Shown in pieces: positions 33,676-49,108 of a stretch of 64,000 nt of DNA. Source of the DNA: Candidatus Latescibacterota bacterium (lineage in GTDB: Bacteria; Latescibacterota; UBA2968; UBA8231); the NCBI GenBank assembly GCA_965206595.1, contig OZ242214.1:1472001-1536000 (forward strand), written 5' to 3'. The notes under the pieces were generated by a model, which had not been told where the DNA came from, ran no database searches, and worked only from the letters and a program-made list of their open reading frames with translations. Numbering within the stretch: the stretch's first letter is position 1; each line of letters starts with the position of its first letter. Made by a program: the position numbers and the translations under genes.

Positions 33676-33917
33676 GAGGCTCGGTGCCCCGTAGGTTGGG
33701 CAATTTCAGCCATGATTCCGGTTCGAAATCATGAACCGGTTGAACCTTGCCCTGTTGTCCAGACCAAAATTCCTGTCGAAACGCTCCAAAATTCAATGAG
33801 GTGTTCTCATGCGCCAAATGTGGAGCGTTTCCTCAAATGGGTATGCGATGGAGTCAAGATACGGTTCATGGGTGCCGCGGCAAATCGAAATCTGCCGAAG
33901 AATTTGAGGGTTCAACC

Positions 33918-35244
33918 CACTACTGTCCGGTTGAGCGCTTTGAAGAATCGTGTAAGTAATGCATCTACAATGAGTTGTGCGAATAAATGACCGTTGTCGA
34001 TTTGAAATCGATCGTAGATTTGGGCCCTTCAGCACTGCATTAACCCGTGAGGGAATGGCCGATGCATACGGGACGAATGGTATTCTCACAGCTCATGGAT
34101 TTCCTACCCAGGCACGAGTTCAACAGATGCGTACATCGGTACCATGGCAATTACAGGACCCGGCACTTCAAGTGTCGCGATCAGTTTCTGAGCATGGCCT
34201 TTGCGCAGCTCACCGGTCGGGAAAGCCTACGGGACATCGAGACCTGTTTACGCGCGATGCAGCCCAAGCTGTATCATGCCGGCATTCGATACCCGGTTTC
34301 CAGGAGCACCCTGGCCGATGCCAACGAGAACCGGGACTGGCGCCTCTATGCCGACTTCGCTCAGGTGCTCATTGGCCACGCCCGCAAGCTATACAGCCAA
34401 GACGACTTCGGAGTACAACTCGAAGAGACGGCGTATGTCTTCGATTCCAGCACCATCGATCTGTGTCTTTCGCTGTTTCCGTGGGCCCGATTCCGTCAGC
34501 GCAAAGCCGCCATCAAGCTCCACACGTTGATGGATCTACGCGGCAATATCCCCTGTTTTATTCGCATTACAGAGGGGAAGACGCACGATGTCGGCCTGCT
34601 CGACGAATTGATTCTGGAACCGGGCGCCTTCTACATCATGGACCGCGGGTACATCGACTTTGCGCGGCCGTATACCTTCACGCAGCAGGCCGCGTTCTTT
34701 GTCATCCGCGCCAAACGCAATCTGGATTATACTCGGCGTAGGTCGCGCCCAGTCGACAAAAGCACCGGCTTGCGCAGCGACCAGACCATCGTACTGCACG
34801 GACCCGGGACCTCACAAGACTACCCCGATGTCCTGCGCCGCATCAGCTACGTCGACCTCGAGACGGCGAAGCGGTTCGTTTTTCTCACCAACCATTTCGT
34901 CCTTCCCGCCTTGACCATCCCGCAGTTGTACAAATGCCGCTGGCAGGGGGAGTTGTTCTTCAAGTGGATCAAACAACATCTGCAAATCAAAGCGTTCTTC
35001 GGCACCTCCGAGAACGCGGTCAAGACCCAGATCTGGATCGCTATCAGCACGTACGTGCTCGTGGCCATCGTCAAGAAGCAGCTACACGTCGACCGCCGTC
35101 TGGCCGAAATCCTGCAAATCTTCACCGTTTCGCTGTTCGAGAAAGTCGATATTTTACAATTGCTTACGGAAATCAGCTCCCAAAACCAATCAGAGCATCT
35201 TTGTAACCAGTTGAATTTGTTCGACTTATAACCGGACAGTAGTG
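33918..35244 (+). mobile_element. IS4-family insertion sequence, apparently intact
   Basis: Perfect 15-bp TIR CACTACTGTCCGGTT / AACCGGACAGTAGTG; 9-bp direct repeat GGTTCAACC at 33909-17 and 35245-53. Confidence 0.95.
34062..35231 (+). CDS. IS4-family transposase (DUF4372 + DDE)
   Basis: FAQLTGRESLRDIE, DSSTIDL, MDRGY and YKCRWQGELFFKWIKQ (YREK motif). Confidence 0.93.
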   Translation: MHTGRMVFSQLMDFLPRHEFNRCVHRYHGNYRTRHFKCRDQFLSMAFAQLTGRESLRDIETCLRAMQPKLYHAGIRYPVSRSTLADANENRDWRLYADFAQVLIGHARKLYSQDDFGVQLEETAYVFDSSTIDLCLSLFPWARFRQRKAAIKLHTLMDLRGNIPCFIRITEGKTHDVGLLDELILEPGAFYIMDRGYIDFARPYTFTQQAAFFVIRAKRNLDYTRRRSRPVDKSTGLRSDQTIVLHGPGTSQDYPDVLRRISYVDLETAKRFVFLTNHFVLPALTIPQLYKCRWQGELFFKWIKQHLQIKAFFGTSENAVKTQIWIAISTYVLVAIVKKQLHVDRRLAEILQIFTVSLFEKVDILQLLTEISSQNQSEHLCNQLNLFDL

Positions 35245-35253
35245 GGTTCAACC

Positions 35254-36290
35254 TATACTTGAGAGAACGCCAGAGACGCTCGATAAAGACGTTGTCCTTC
35301 CGTCTGCCCTTGCCGTCCATCGAGATCTCTACCCCGGCTTACTCGAGAACCTCGGTGAACTCCCGACTAGTGAACTGGCTGGCCCTGATCGGTGTTGAGG
35401 ATTTCCGGTTTCCGTAGCGGGCCAGCGCCTCCTGCAGGGCCTCCCGGCAGAACGTACTGTCCTGGGTGTTCGACAGCCGCCACGGAAGCACCGTGCGTGT
35501 CGCCCAGTCCATGATCACCACCAGACAGTGAAAACCTCGTTGCATCGGGATATAGGTCACGCCGGCACACCACACCTAGTTCGGCCGCTCGATCCTCAGA
35601 TGGCCGAGCCGATACGGATAGACCCGATGGGACCCATCCGGCGACGCGACGTCTGCGGCTTGCGATAAAGGGCCGTCAGTCCCATCTGTCGCATCAATCG
35701 ACCGCACGCGCTTGCGCGCCCGACCCCATGGCCTTGGCGCCGGGTGACGGGTCATCTGCCGGGACCCATACCATGGCGTGGCCAGAAACTGCTCGTCGAT
35801 GCGGCGCATCACCTGCCGGTTGAAGAAACTCTCCCCTCGACCCGCGTAGTAGTAGGAGGAGCGCGAAAGGGAGACCAAGTTGCACTGGCGCACGATTGGG
35901 AGCTGGGGATGATCCGGATCGATCATCGCTTCCCTTCGGTCGCGGCTCAACGACCGAAGGCGCGTGACAAAAAATCGTTCTCCACGGTCAGCTGCCGAAC
36001 TTGGCGTGCAGCGCTTCCACCTCCGTTTCATGCTCGGCGGCGCTGGAAGATGTCTTGCGGGCGAACACCTCCGGAAGGCTCTCCCGGGCTTGCCGTTTCC
36101 ATTGCGCAATCACGTTGGGGTGCAGGTTGTGCTTGGCAGCGGGCTCGGCCATCGTCTGGTCGCCGACCAGGGCCTACAAAGGCGACTTTGGCCTTGAATT
36201 GGGCGGAGAAGCTACGTCGTTTTCCCATGTCTCCAGTCCTTCCGCAGAGAGTCGGATCCACCTATCGAAACTGTCCGAATTCCGGGTCCA
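35254..36290 (-). mobile_element. Degenerate IS3-family element (multiple frameshifts, 3' truncated)
   Basis: OrfA MGKRRSFSAQFKAKVA; OrfB fragments PWYGSRQM, IMDWATR, PEILNTDQG and MDGKGR..DNVFIERLWRSLKY lie in different frames. Confidence 0.88.
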
Positions 36291-36375
36291 CCTCTGGGAT
36301 CTGAAATGTTGACGGTCGGTTGCGTGAGCAGAACCATTTTCCTATATTGGCTACATTACATACGGAACGACCCTG

Positions 36376-36414
36376 AGCGGAAGCGGTGGATCACTCCAAA
36401 CGCTTCCGCTTTTT
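36376..36414 (+). terminator. Terminator-like hairpin in the greA leader
   Basis: AGCGGAAGCG / CGCTTCCGCT 10-bp stem followed by TTTT. Confidence 0.65.
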
Positions 36415-36529
36415 ATATGCACCTCTCGCAAGGCACCGGTGGGGAAGTTTCTGTATGGGTTTTCGCAGGTGGTGGACAAAGGGAGAGTCCACCCGTTGCA
36501 GCTTGCTCGAGGCCAGGAGTGTCATCCCA

Positions 36530-37000
36530 ATGAGCGAAGTGTACCTGTCGAGAGAAGGCTACCAGAAGCTCCAGGAGGAACTGCGTGAACTGAAGGGAAC
36601 CGAACGTCCGACGGTTCGAGCGGCCCTACAGCACGCGCGAGAGTTCGGGGACTTGTCCGAGAACGCAGAATACTCCGCGGCAAAGGAGCGTCTGATGTTT
36701 CTCGAGCAGCGGATCAACAAGCTCCAAGAGATCCTCAGCAGGGCTCGTCTCATCGAGAACGAGAACATCCCGGACGACAAGGTGTATATCGGGGCTACGG
36801 TCGAGCTGCTCGATCTCAAAAAAAACAGAGAATTTACATACACCTTGGTGTCTCCCGAAGAGGCCGACTTTGAGCAGGGAAAAATTTCCACGGTGTCACC
36901 GATCGGGAAAGGCCTTCTCGGCCACCAGGAGGGGGAGGAGGTCGAAATTCAGGTTCCTGCAGGACGCCTTCACTACAAGATTGTCAGCATTTCCCGCTGA
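36530..37000 (+). CDS. greA: Transcription elongation factor GreA
   Basis: AREFGDLSENAEYSAAKE and ISTVSPIGKGLLG motifs; SD AGGAG. Confidence 0.96.
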   Translation: MSEVYLSREGYQKLQEELRELKGTERPTVRAALQHAREFGDLSENAEYSAAKERLMFLEQRINKLQEILSRARLIENENIPDDKVYIGATVELLDLKKNREFTYTLVSPEEADFEQGKISTVSPIGKGLLGHQEGEEVEIQVPAGRLHYKIVSISR

Positions 37001-37096
37001 AGTGCCCCAGCGACAACCGATCTAGGCGCAACTCCCGCTCCTACAAGCTGTTGGGTAGTTTCGTTTCAGACTGAGACACTACCAGCTGTTGGACAA

Positions 37097-37125
37097 TTGA
37101 CATACCAATACAAGTTACTTACCTT
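37097..37125 (+). promoter_or_regulatory. Sigma70 promoter of the tRNA-rpmG-secE-nusG cluster
   Basis: TTGACA, 17 nt, TACCTT. Confidence 0.7.
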
Positions 37126-37194
37126 GAGTAGTCTGTAACTTTTTGGTGAATGCGGCTTGGTTCCGATGCCCTCTGGGACCGGGTTGCGAACGCT

Positions 37195-37271
37195 GCGGGA
37201 GTAGCTCAGTTGGCTAGAGCGCGAGCCTTCCAAGCTCGATGTCGCGGGTTCGAGTCCCGTTTCCCGCTCCA
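37195..37271 (+). tRNA. tRNA-Gly(TCC)
   Basis: Cloverleaf; anticodon loop CTTCCAA; GGTTCGAGTCC T-arm; encoded CCA. Confidence 0.96.
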
Positions 37272-37286
37272 TTTTCGAGTTACGAG

Positions 37287-37362
<76 letters not shown>

Positions 37363-37470
37363 GATACTCTCGTTGTTACAATTCTGTAGGAAACAGGTTA
37401 GGCCATGATACTGTCTTGGTTTTCGGGCCGTTTCGTTGCCTAGCGTCAGCTGAATCGAGACAGGCCCGGC

Positions 37471-37623
37471 ATGCCACGCGACCAGATTCACCTTGCATGC
37501 GACAGTTGCAGCAGGCAGAACTACACGACAACCAAGAACAGGCGCACACATCCCAGCCGCGTGGAGTACAGGAAATATTGCCGGTTCTGCCGCAAACACA
37601 CGTCTCATCGAGAGACCCGCTGA
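37471..37623 (+). CDS. rpmG: 50S ribosomal protein bL33 (Zn-binding type)
   Basis: [50 protein letters not shown] (below the ORF-track length cutoff). Confidence 0.95.
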   Translation: MPRDQIHLACDSCSRQNYTTTKNRRTHPSRVEYRKYCRFCRKHTSHRETR

Positions 37624-37658
37624 ATTTCTGCGCGGGTCGACTGACACACGAGTCTGTT

Positions 37659-37731
37659 AGGTCTGTAGCTCAATTGGTAGAGCACTGGTCTCCAAAACCA
37701 GCGGTTGCAGGTTCGAGTCCTGCCAGGCCTG
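37659..37731 (+). tRNA. tRNA-Trp(CCA)
   Basis: Cloverleaf; anticodon loop CTCCAAA; 3' CCA not encoded. Confidence 0.95.
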
Positions 37732-37772
37732 GTTTTTTCCAGAGCGGGTAGTGGGAATCCGGGCTACTGGGG

Positions 37773-37961
37773 ATGTGGGAAAAAGTAACCACTTTTTTGG
37801 CTGAAGTTCGCACTGAGTTTACGAGGGTCATATGGCCAACGCGAACCGAACTGGTCAATTCGACCACCATTGTGATCGTTTTTTCCATAGCCTTCGCCAT
37901 CTTCATCGGGCTATTCGACCTGATTTTGTCCTACGTACGCTCCATCCTTCTTGCCTATTGA
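37773..37961 (+). CDS. secE: Preprotein translocase subunit SecE
   Basis: FLAEVRTEFTRVIWPTR followed by a TM helix; conserved position. Confidence 0.95.
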   Translation: MWEKVTTFLAEVRTEFTRVIWPTRTELVNSTTIVIVFSIAFAIFIGLFDLILSYVRSILLAY

Positions 37962-37976
37962 GGCCTCGTCGATAAC

Positions 37977-38573
37977 GTGACTTCCGCCCCTCCGCATTCC
38001 CATCCTACAGCAGCCGAATCGGCTCTCAAACAGTGGTATGCCCTGCACACCTACTCGGGACACGAAAACAAGGTAAAAACTTATCTGGAATCGCTGATCC
38101 AAGCAGGTGATGCGGGAGGAACCATCCACCAGGCAGTGGTCCCGACCGAAGAGGTTGTGGAGATGAAGGGTGGCAAGAAGACCGTTACCAAGAAGCGCTT
38201 TTTACCAAGCTACGTCCTCGTCGAAATGGAGATGAACAAGGACGCTTGGCACGTGGTCTCCAACATTCCCGGAGTGACGAATTTCGTTGGGCCTGCTCGC
38301 AAGCCGCAGGCGCTCACTCAGGAAGAGGTTGCCCACATTCTCGGCCACATAGATCGCCGCAAGTCGCAGGAGGTCGAGGAAATCCCGTTTCTGGTTGGGG
38401 ATCAGGTAAAGGTCAACGACGGGGCCTTCAAGGATTTTGTCGGAACGGTACAGGAGGTGATTCCCGAGAAACGCAGACTGAAGATAATGGTCAGCATTTT
38501 CGGGCGCGGGACCCCCGTCGAACTCGATGTCCTGCAGGTAGAGCCGGCGGAAGAGCGTCCAGCAAACCGTTGA
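37977..38573 (+). CDS. nusG: Transcription termination/antitermination factor NusG
   Basis: WYALHTYSGHENKVK and VSIFGRGTPVEL motifs. Confidence 0.97.
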   Translation: MTSAPPHSHPTAAESALKQWYALHTYSGHENKVKTYLESLIQAGDAGGTIHQAVVPTEEVVEMKGGKKTVTKKRFLPSYVLVEMEMNKDAWHVVSNIPGVTNFVGPARKPQALTQEEVAHILGHIDRRKSQEVEEIPFLVGDQVKVNDGAFKDFVGTVQEVIPEKRRLKIMVSIFGRGTPVELDVLQVEPAEERPANR

Positions 38574-38618
38574 GGGGAAGGGCCAAACAGGCGATCAGGT
38601 GAGGCGAACAAATATCTA

Positions 38619-39083
38619 ATGGCAAAAAAGGAACTCGCAGTGATTAAGCTGCAGATACCCGCCGGGAGTGCGAGTCCAACTCCTCCCGTGGGGCCGGCGC
38701 TCGGCCAACACGGTGTCAACATCATGGAGTTTTGCAAGGCGTTCAACGCAAGAACTCAGGACCGCCAGGGGTTGATCGTACCAGTTGTAATAACCGTATA
38801 CGCCGACCGCAGCTTTACCTTCATTACCAAGACTCCACCGGCCTCGGTGTTGCTCAAAAAGGCGGCCGGTATCGAGAAGGGATCGGGAGTTCCAAACCGC
38901 GACAAGGTCGGTACCGTGACCCGCGACCAATTGGTCGAGATTGCCGAGGCCAAGATGGAAGACCTCAACGCCGACTCCATCGCCGCTGCCGTGGAAATGA
39001 TTGCCGGAACTGCACGCAGCATGGGTCTGATCGTCGCCTTCCCGGGGCAGAATCTGCAACAAGCCCAGGCATCGCAGGCCTAG
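38619..39083 (+). CDS. rplK: 50S ribosomal protein uL11
   Basis: [22 protein letters not shown] motif. Confidence 0.98.
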   Translation: MAKKELAVIKLQIPAGSASPTPPVGPALGQHGVNIMEFCKAFNARTQDRQGLIVPVVITVYADRSFTFITKTPPASVLLKKAAGIEKGSGVPNRDKVGTVTRDQLVEIAEAKMEDLNADSIAAAVEMIAGTARSMGLIVAFPGQNLQQAQASQA

Positions 39084-39122
39084 GCGGGAAATCTTGGTCC
39101 CTAAGCGAGAGGAGAGAAGGAC

Positions 39123-39824
39123 GTGCCCAAGCGGAGCAAGAGCTATAAACAGGCTGTCGCCGTCTACGACCCACGCGAGACCGTGACGCTAGAAGCGGCT
39201 GTCAGGATGGTTCAGTCTTTTCCCAAGCGCGAATTCGACGAGTCCGTAGAGTTGGCGTTCAATCTCGGAATCGATGGTCGGCAGGCTGACCAATCGATTC
39301 GTGGTACGGTCATTTTGCCCCACGGAACGGGCAAGGAAGTCAGAGTTGTGGTCATCACTCAAGGGGAGCTTGTAAAGGAGGCAGCCGAGGCCGGGGCGGA
39401 CTTTGTAGGTGGTTCGGATATCGTCGAAAAGATTCAAAACGGATGGCTTGATTTCGATCTCGTAATCGCATCCCCCGACATGATGGGGCAAGTCGGGAAA
39501 CTCGGGAGGATCCTCGGTCCGAGAGGGATGATGCCGAACCCGAAGACAGGGACTGTAACCCGCGCCATTGCTCAGGCAGTCAGGGAATCCAAGGCAGGTC
39601 GCATTGAGTATCGCGCCGACAGCAAATCGGGCAATAATGCTCAGGCTCCGATCGGCAAACTTTCTTTTTCAGAGTCGGACCTGCTCGCCAATGCCAAGGT
39701 TTTTTCAGAGGCCATCCTGCGCAACCGACCGGCTTCGGCCAAGGGGCAGTTCATAAAAAAAGCGGTTCTGTCCTCGACGATGGGACCCGGAATTCGAATC
39801 GATCCCTCCTCCGTTTCCCTTTAG
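39123..39824 (+). CDS. rplA: 50S ribosomal protein uL1
   Basis: [15 protein letters not shown] and SSTMGPG motifs. Confidence 0.98.
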   Translation: MPKRSKSYKQAVAVYDPRETVTLEAAVRMVQSFPKREFDESVELAFNLGIDGRQADQSIRGTVILPHGTGKEVRVVVITQGELVKEAAEAGADFVGGSDIVEKIQNGWLDFDLVIASPDMMGQVGKLGRILGPRGMMPNPKTGTVTRAIAQAVRESKAGRIEYRADSKSGNNAQAPIGKLSFSESDLLANAKVFSEAILRNRPASAKGQFIKKAVLSSTMGPGIRIDPSSVSL

Positions 39825-39866
39825 CAGAGATTATGGAGCGTTCAAAAGGATTCAGCTAGGGAACCG

Positions 39867-40406
39867 ATGCCCACAGACGAAAAAAGAGAGTCGGTAGTCA
39901 ACCTGTCGCGGAAGATGTCTGAAGCCAAGTCCATCTTCCTTGCCGATTTCACCGGTGTCGACGTCGAATCGGTGACGCGATTGCGGCGTTCGCTGCGCGG
40001 CGCTTCGGTCGAATACGAAGTCGTCAAGAACAGGCTAGCCAAACTCGCCGTCGAGGATGCGGGACTGGAGGGGTTGACCTCCTATTTGAGAGGTCCGACG
40101 GCCATGGCCTTCGCCCTCGACGATCCTGTAGCGCCGGCAAAAATCCTGCAGCAATTTATCGACGACGGCGGCAAGCTCGCCATAAAAAGTGGTTACATGG
40201 ATGGGCAGGTGCTGACTGCCGACCGGGTTGTGGAGCTATCCAGGCTTCCCTCGCCCGAGGAATTGCTAGGCAGGGTCGTAAACTTGGTGCAGAGTCCGAT
40301 TTTCGACTTGGCCTCTACGCTGGCCTGTCTGCTTCGGAATGTAGTAGGCGTGTTGTCGGCCATCGAAGAACAGAAGCACAACGATCAATCGACAGACAAC
40401 CCATGA
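39867..40406 (+). CDS. rplJ: 50S ribosomal protein uL10
   Basis: [17 protein letters not shown] and LSRLPS motifs. Confidence 0.95.
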   Translation: MPTDEKRESVVNLSRKMSEAKSIFLADFTGVDVESVTRLRRSLRGASVEYEVVKNRLAKLAVEDAGLEGLTSYLRGPTAMAFALDDPVAPAKILQQFIDDGGKLAIKSGYMDGQVLTADRVVELSRLPSPEELLGRVVNLVQSPIFDLASTLACLLRNVVGVLSAIEEQKHNDQSTDNP

Positions 40407-40422
40407 TGGAGGTTCATCGACA

Positions 40423-40824
40423 ATGAGCGAAGAGGTAAATCGGAGCCCGAAGATTGAAGAAATTATCGAGACCGTTGGCAGCCTCACGGTGTTGGAGCTC
40501 GCTGAACTGGTAAAGGCGCTCGAGGAAAAGTTCGGCGTATCTGCGGCTGCGCCTGTGATGTTGGCTGGTGTTCCCGCCGATGGAGGTGATTCGGCGGCGG
40601 TCGCAGAAGAGAAGGACTCATTCGATGTTGTGCTGACCAGCGCCGGAGACAAAAAAATCCAGGTGATTAAGGTGGTCCGGGAGATCACCAGTCTTGGCCT
40701 GAAGGAAGCCAAGGCCCTCGTCGACGAAGCCCCCAAGGCGGTGAAGGAGGGTGTCACCAAGCAGGAGGCGGAGGAGATCCAGTCCAAACTCTCCGAAGTG
40801 GGCGGTACAGTAGAGATCAAGTAG
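40423..40824 (+). CDS. rplL: 50S ribosomal protein bL12
   Basis: [12 protein letters not shown] and [20 protein letters not shown] motifs. Confidence 0.98.
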   Translation: MSEEVNRSPKIEEIIETVGSLTVLELAELVKALEEKFGVSAAAPVMLAGVPADGGDSAAVAEEKDSFDVVLTSAGDKKIQVIKVVREITSLGLKEAKALVDEAPKAVKEGVTKQEAEEIQSKLSEVGGTVEIK

Positions 40825-41058
40825 GCCAGTGCCAGAGCGGCTTTGCCCTAAAAAGCGATCTTCACCACGGTCTCCGGGGTTGCACGCCCATCCCATCCTG
40901 AGACACTGCAGCGTCCAAGCGAATATTTCCGAGCACCGTATCCCTCTCCTGCGCCGGATGCCGGCGGCTCCTTGTGTAGCGGGCAGTAAAGGTCTGTGCC
41001 CCGCCCCAATGTTGAGCAGACGGTACGCCACCATCCACCTCAAAGAGGAGGCCCACCC

Positions 41059-44850
<3,792 letters not shown>

Positions 44851-44938
44851 TTGAAAAGCTGACTCGGCGGGCCCAGCGAACCCGACATCGTGAGAATCTG
44901 CCGGTCGCACTCGACCTTACTGAATAAGGGAGCGCAAC

Positions 44939-47900
44939 GTGATAAAGATAACTAACTCTCGCAAGCCGACGGACTTCGACTCGATCCGCATCCAGCTCGC
45001 GTCGCCGGACACTATCAGGTCCTGGTCCCACGGGGAGGTTACGAAACCGGAAACGATCAACTACAGGTCCTTCAAGCCGGAGCGCGACGGCCTCTTCTGC
45101 GAGCGCATTTTTGGACCTGTCAAGGACTGGACCTGCCATTGCGGCAAATACAAGGGAATTCGCTATCGCGGCGTTGTATGTGATCGCTGCGGCGTCGAAG
45201 TGACCCAGGCCAAGGTTCGCCGCGAGCGACTCGGCCACATCGAGCTAGCCGTTCCCGTTTCCCATATATGGTATTTCAAGTCCCTGCCGTCGCGAATCGG
45301 AGCGTTGCTCGACGTGTCGATGCGCAACCTCGAGCGCATCCTCTATTACGAGTCCTACGTGGTGATCGATCCCGGTGATTCCGATCTAGAGAAGATGGCA
45401 CTTCTGACCGAAGAGGAGTTGATGGAGGTGCAGGAGCAGGGCTATGACCCCGTAGTCGGCATGGGAGCCCCGGTCGTGCAGGATCTGCTCGCCGACATCG
45501 ATATCGAGGAGCTCTCAGCGGAGTTGCGCGCCCGGGTGCGCATGGAAACATCGGTTCAGCGCAAGCAGGAGGCATTGAAACGCTTGAAGGTGGTCGAGGC
45601 CTTTCGTCAGTCCGAGAACAGGCCGCAGTGGATGATCCTCGACGTGATTCCGGTGATTCCCCCCGACCTTCGGCCCCTGGTCCCCTTGGAAGGGGGCCGC
45701 TTTGCGACGTCCGACCTCAACGATCTCTACCGTCGGGTGATCAATCGCAACAATCGTCTCAAGAAGCTCATTGGCATAAAAGCACCCGAGGTTATTCTGC
45801 GCAACGAGAAGCGCATGCTTCAGGAAGCGGTTGACGCCTTGTTCGACAACGGCCGCCGCTCCCGCGCGGTGCGTGGCGACGGCAACCGCTCGCTCAAGTC
45901 GTTGAGCGATCTGCTCAAAGGTAAACAGGGGCGTTTTCGCCAGAATCTTCTGGGAAAACGCGTCGATTATTCAGGCCGTTCGGTGATCGTCGTCGGGCCA
46001 GAGCTCAAGCTGCACCAGTGCGGCCTTCCTAAAGGAATGGCCTTGGAGCTTTTCAAGCCGTTCGTGATCCGCAAGCTCGAGGAGAAGGGCTTGGTCCAGA
46101 CGGTCAAGAGCGCCAAGAAGCTGGTCGAGAGAGAACGGCCCGAGGTCTGGGACATTCTTGAGGAGATAATCCAGGATCATTGCGTCCTTCTCAACCGCGC
46201 CCCGACGCTTCACCGTCTCGGCATCCAAGCATTCCAACCGATTCTCGTCGAGGGCAAAGCGGTCCAGTTGCACCCATTGGTATGTGCCGCGTTCAACGCC
46301 GATTTCGACGGCGATCAGATGGCCGTACACGTGCCCCTCTCGTTCGAATCCCAGATCGAGGCGCGGCTTTTGATGTTGTCTTCGCAGAATCTGCTCAAGC
46401 CGGCAGACGGCGAGCCGGTGATAATGATGGATCCGAAGGACATCGTTCTCGGCAGCTACTACCTGACCAAAGTTCGATTCAGCGCCGCGGACAAAGTTGA
46501 ACGTCGCTTCTCTAGCCCTACCGAGGCGATTGCCGCATTCGATAGCGAGCGAATCGGCATGCACCAGCCGATCAAGGTCCGCGTCAAAGGGAATCTCGTC
46601 GACACCACCGTTGGAAGATTGCTCTTCAACGAAGCGATGCCCCCCGAGATGGAATTCGTCAATCAGAACATCGAAAAGGGGGACATCAAGAAGATCACCG
46701 GGGAGGTTTACCGCGTGATGGGCAATCGTCGTACGGCGGAGTTTGTCGACGATTTGAAACATCTTGGGTACAATCACGCGACGCTCGCAGGAATAACGGT
46801 TTCCGTGGATGATGTCGTCGTACCGGCTGAAAAGGACGAAATCATCAACGGGGCGTTGAGCGAAGTCGAGAAGGTACGAGAGCAGTACGCCAACGGCATC
46901 ATTACCGACGGCGAGCGCTACAACAAGATCATCGACATCTGGACGCACGCCACCTCGTCGGTATCGCGCGCTGTCCAGTCGGCGCTTGAAAATGCCGAAG
47001 AGGGTTTCAACTCGGTCTTTATTATGAAGGATTCCGGCGCCCGGGGAAGCGAGGACCAGATCAAGCAACTAGGCGGCATGCGCGGCTTGATGAACAAACC
47101 TCAGAAGAAACTCACCGGTGCGGTTGGCGAGATAATCGAGACGCCTATCATTGCCTCGCTCAAAGAGGGCCTGTCCGTTCTCGAGTACTTCATTTCGACG
47201 CACGGTGCCCGCAAGGGGCTGGCGGACACCGCACTGAAGACGGCCGAAGCCGGATATCTGACGCGCCGCATGGTCGATGTCGCCCAAGACGTCGTGGTAA
47301 GCGAAGAGGACTGCGGAACCGGACAAGGGCTGTGGGTTGGCGCCCTGAAGGACGGCGAGGAGATCGTCGAACCTCTGGCGGATCGCATCCTCGGCCGTGT
47401 GCTTCTGGAGGACGTTGTCGACACCGAAGACAATGCAGTGGTGAAGGCGGGCACCCTGCTGGAGGAGGGGGATGCGGATGGAACCGCCCAGACCGGGATT
47501 GATCGGGTGCGCATTCGTTCGGTTCTCACCTGTGAGTCGGAGCGTGGCGTTTGCGCAAAATGTTACGGTCGTAACTTGGCTACCGGAAAGATCGTGAACG
47601 TAGGGGAAGCCGTCGGGGTAATTGCAGCGCAGAGTATTGGGGAGCCTGGTACGCAGCTGACCTTGCGAACCTTCCACATCGGAGGCACCGCCAGCCGCAT
47701 TGCCGAACAATCCCAGATCAACGCTCGCCGCAACGGTACCGTGCAATTCACCAATATCGTCACCGTCGACCATCCCGATCTCGGGTCGGTGGTGGTCGGC
47801 CGCAACGGAGTGATTGTACTGCGGGATCAGCAAAATCGGGGCCGCGGCACAGTGAGCGTTCCCTACGGGGCAAATCTGAAAGTGGTTGACGGCGAGTTCG

Positions 47901-49042
47901 TCGACGCCTCACAGGTTCTGTACGAATGGGACCCTTACAACCACGGCATCGTCGCCGACCGTGCCGGGCAAGTTCGGTTCACCGACATCGTCGAAGATGT
48001 CACCTTGCGGGAGGAATTCGACGAAACCACCGGCATGACCGCCCGCGTCATCGTCGAACAGCGTGACCGCTCGTTGAGTCCCCAGCTGGAGGTGGTGTCG
48101 CCCAGGGAGGGAACGAGATCATTTATAATCCCGGTCGGTGCTCGCCTGCTGGTCAGCGACGGTGAGGAGGTTCCCGCCGGAACGGTCTTGGTCAAGATTC
48201 CCCGCGAGCGCACCAAGACGCGGGATATTACCGGCGGCCTTCCCCGGGTGGCGGAACTTTTCGAAGCCAGGCGTCCCAAGGAGCCGGCGGTGATTTCCGA
48301 GATCGACGGTGAGGTTTTGTTCGGCGGCATGGTGCGCGGAAATCGTGAGGTGCTCGTGACTTCTCCGGAGGGAGAAGAGCGCAAGTACCTGGTGCCGTAC
48401 GGCAAGCACCTGCGAGTGCAGGAGGGAGATCAGATCGAGGCCGGAGAACGGCTGTCTGAGGGTGCGGTCAATCCTCACGACATTCTGCAGGTCCAGGGTG
48501 TTCACATGGTTCAGGAGTACCTTGTGAACGAAATCCAGGATGTGTATCGCCTGCAGGCCGTCGAGATCAACGACAAGCATATCGAGGTCATCGTCCGCCA
48601 GATGCTGCAAAAGGTCCGTGTGCTCGATCCGGGGGATACCAACTTTCTCGAGGGCGAGGAAGTCGACAAGATCAGGTTCAACAGAGAGAACGGAAAAGTC
48701 ATTACCGACGGCGGCGACCCCGCAACCTGTCAGTCCATACTTCTCGGAATCACGCGTGCTTCGTTGCGCACCGACAGCTTCATTTCCGCGGCTTCGTTCC
48801 AGGAAACGACGCGAGTACTGACCGAGGCGGCGGTTCAGGGCAAGGTCGACCACCTCAGGGGACTGAAGGAAAACGTGATTATCGGACGGCTGATCCCGGC
48901 AGGAACAGGAACCTCGATGTATCGAACGGTATCCTACACCGATCTCGAACCAGAGCTCGATGAGATTCTCGAAAATGCCGGTAACGGTGAGGCACCGGAC
49001 AGCGACTTTAGGGCGGAAGGAGCGACCGTTTTCAGCGAATGA
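44939..49042 (+). CDS. rpoC: RNA polymerase beta' subunit
   Basis: NADFDGDQM catalytic motif; KPETINYR. Confidence 0.99.
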   Translation: MIKITNSRKPTDFDSIRIQLASPDTIRSWSHGEVTKPETINYRSFKPERDGLFCERIFGPVKDWTCHCGKYKGIRYRGVVCDRCGVEVTQAKVRRERLGHIELAVPVSHIWYFKSLPSRIGALLDVSMRNLERILYYESYVVIDPGDSDLEKMALLTEEELMEVQEQGYDPVVGMGAPVVQDLLADIDIEELSAELRARVRMETSVQRKQEALKRLKVVEAFRQSENRPQWMILDVIPVIPPDLRPLVPLEGGRFATSDLNDLYRRVINRNNRLKKLIGIKAPEVILRNEKRMLQEAVDALFDNGRRSRAVRGDGNRSLKSLSDLLKGKQGRFRQNLLGKRVDYSGRSVIVVGPELKLHQCGLPKGMALELFKPFVIRKLEEKGLVQTVKSAKKLVERERPEVWDILEEIIQDHCVLLNRAPTLHRLGIQAFQPILVEGKAVQLHPLVCAAFNADFDGDQMAVHVPLSFESQIEARLLMLSSQNLLKPADGEPVIMMDPKDIVLGSYYLTKVRFSAADKVERRFSSPTEAIAAFDSERIGMHQPIKVRVKGNLVDTTVGRLLFNEAMPPEMEFVNQNIEKGDIKKITGEVYRVMGNRRTAEFVDDLKHLGYNHATLAGITVSVDDVVVPAEKDEIINGALSEVEKVREQYANGIITDGERYNKIIDIWTHATSSVSRAVQSALENAEEGFNSVFIMKDSGARGSEDQIKQLGGMRGLMNKPQKKLTGAVGEIIETPIIASLKEGLSVLEYFISTHGARKGLADTALKTAEAGYLTRRMVDVAQDVVVSEEDCGTGQGLWVGALKDGEEIVEPLADRILGRVLLEDVVDTEDNAVVKAGTLLEEGDADGTAQTGIDRVRIRSVLTCESERGVCAKCYGRNLATGKIVNVGEAVGVIAAQSIGEPGTQLTLRTFHIGGTASRIAEQSQINARRNGTVQFTNIVTVDHPDLGSVVVGRNGVIVLRDQQNRGRGTVSVPYGANLKVVDGEFVDASQVLYEWDPYNHGIVADRAGQVRFTDIVEDVTLREEFDETTGMTARVIVEQRDRSLSPQLEVVSPREGTRSFIIPVGARLLVSDGEEVPAGTVLVKIPRERTKTRDITGGLPRVAELFEARRPKEPAVISEIDGEVLFGGMVRGNREVLVTSPEGEERKYLVPYGKHLRVQEGDQIEAGERLSEGAVNPHDILQVQGVHMVQEYLVNEIQDVYRLQAVEINDKHIEVIVRQMLQKVRVLDPGDTNFLEGEEVDKIRFNRENGKVITDGGDPATCQSILLGITRASLRTDSFISAASFQETTRVLTEAAVQGKVDHLRGLKENVIIGRLIPAGTGTSMYRTVSYTDLEPELDEILENAGNGEAPDSDFRAEGATVFSE

Positions 49043-49079
49043 TAGGGAAGTACATTTCGGTTAATGGACGTTGAGGCAG

Positions 49080-49108
49080 TTGACGCATATAAAGTTTATG
49101 GTTAGATT
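49080..49108 (+). promoter_or_regulatory. Sigma70 promoter of the str operon
   Basis: TTGACG, 17 nt, TAGATT. Confidence 0.6.

Noticed and set aside
37145-37190. Hairpin upstream of tRNA-Gly as an extra tRNA
   Set aside because: Too short, with no T-loop (GTTCRA) or D-arm; likely leader structure.
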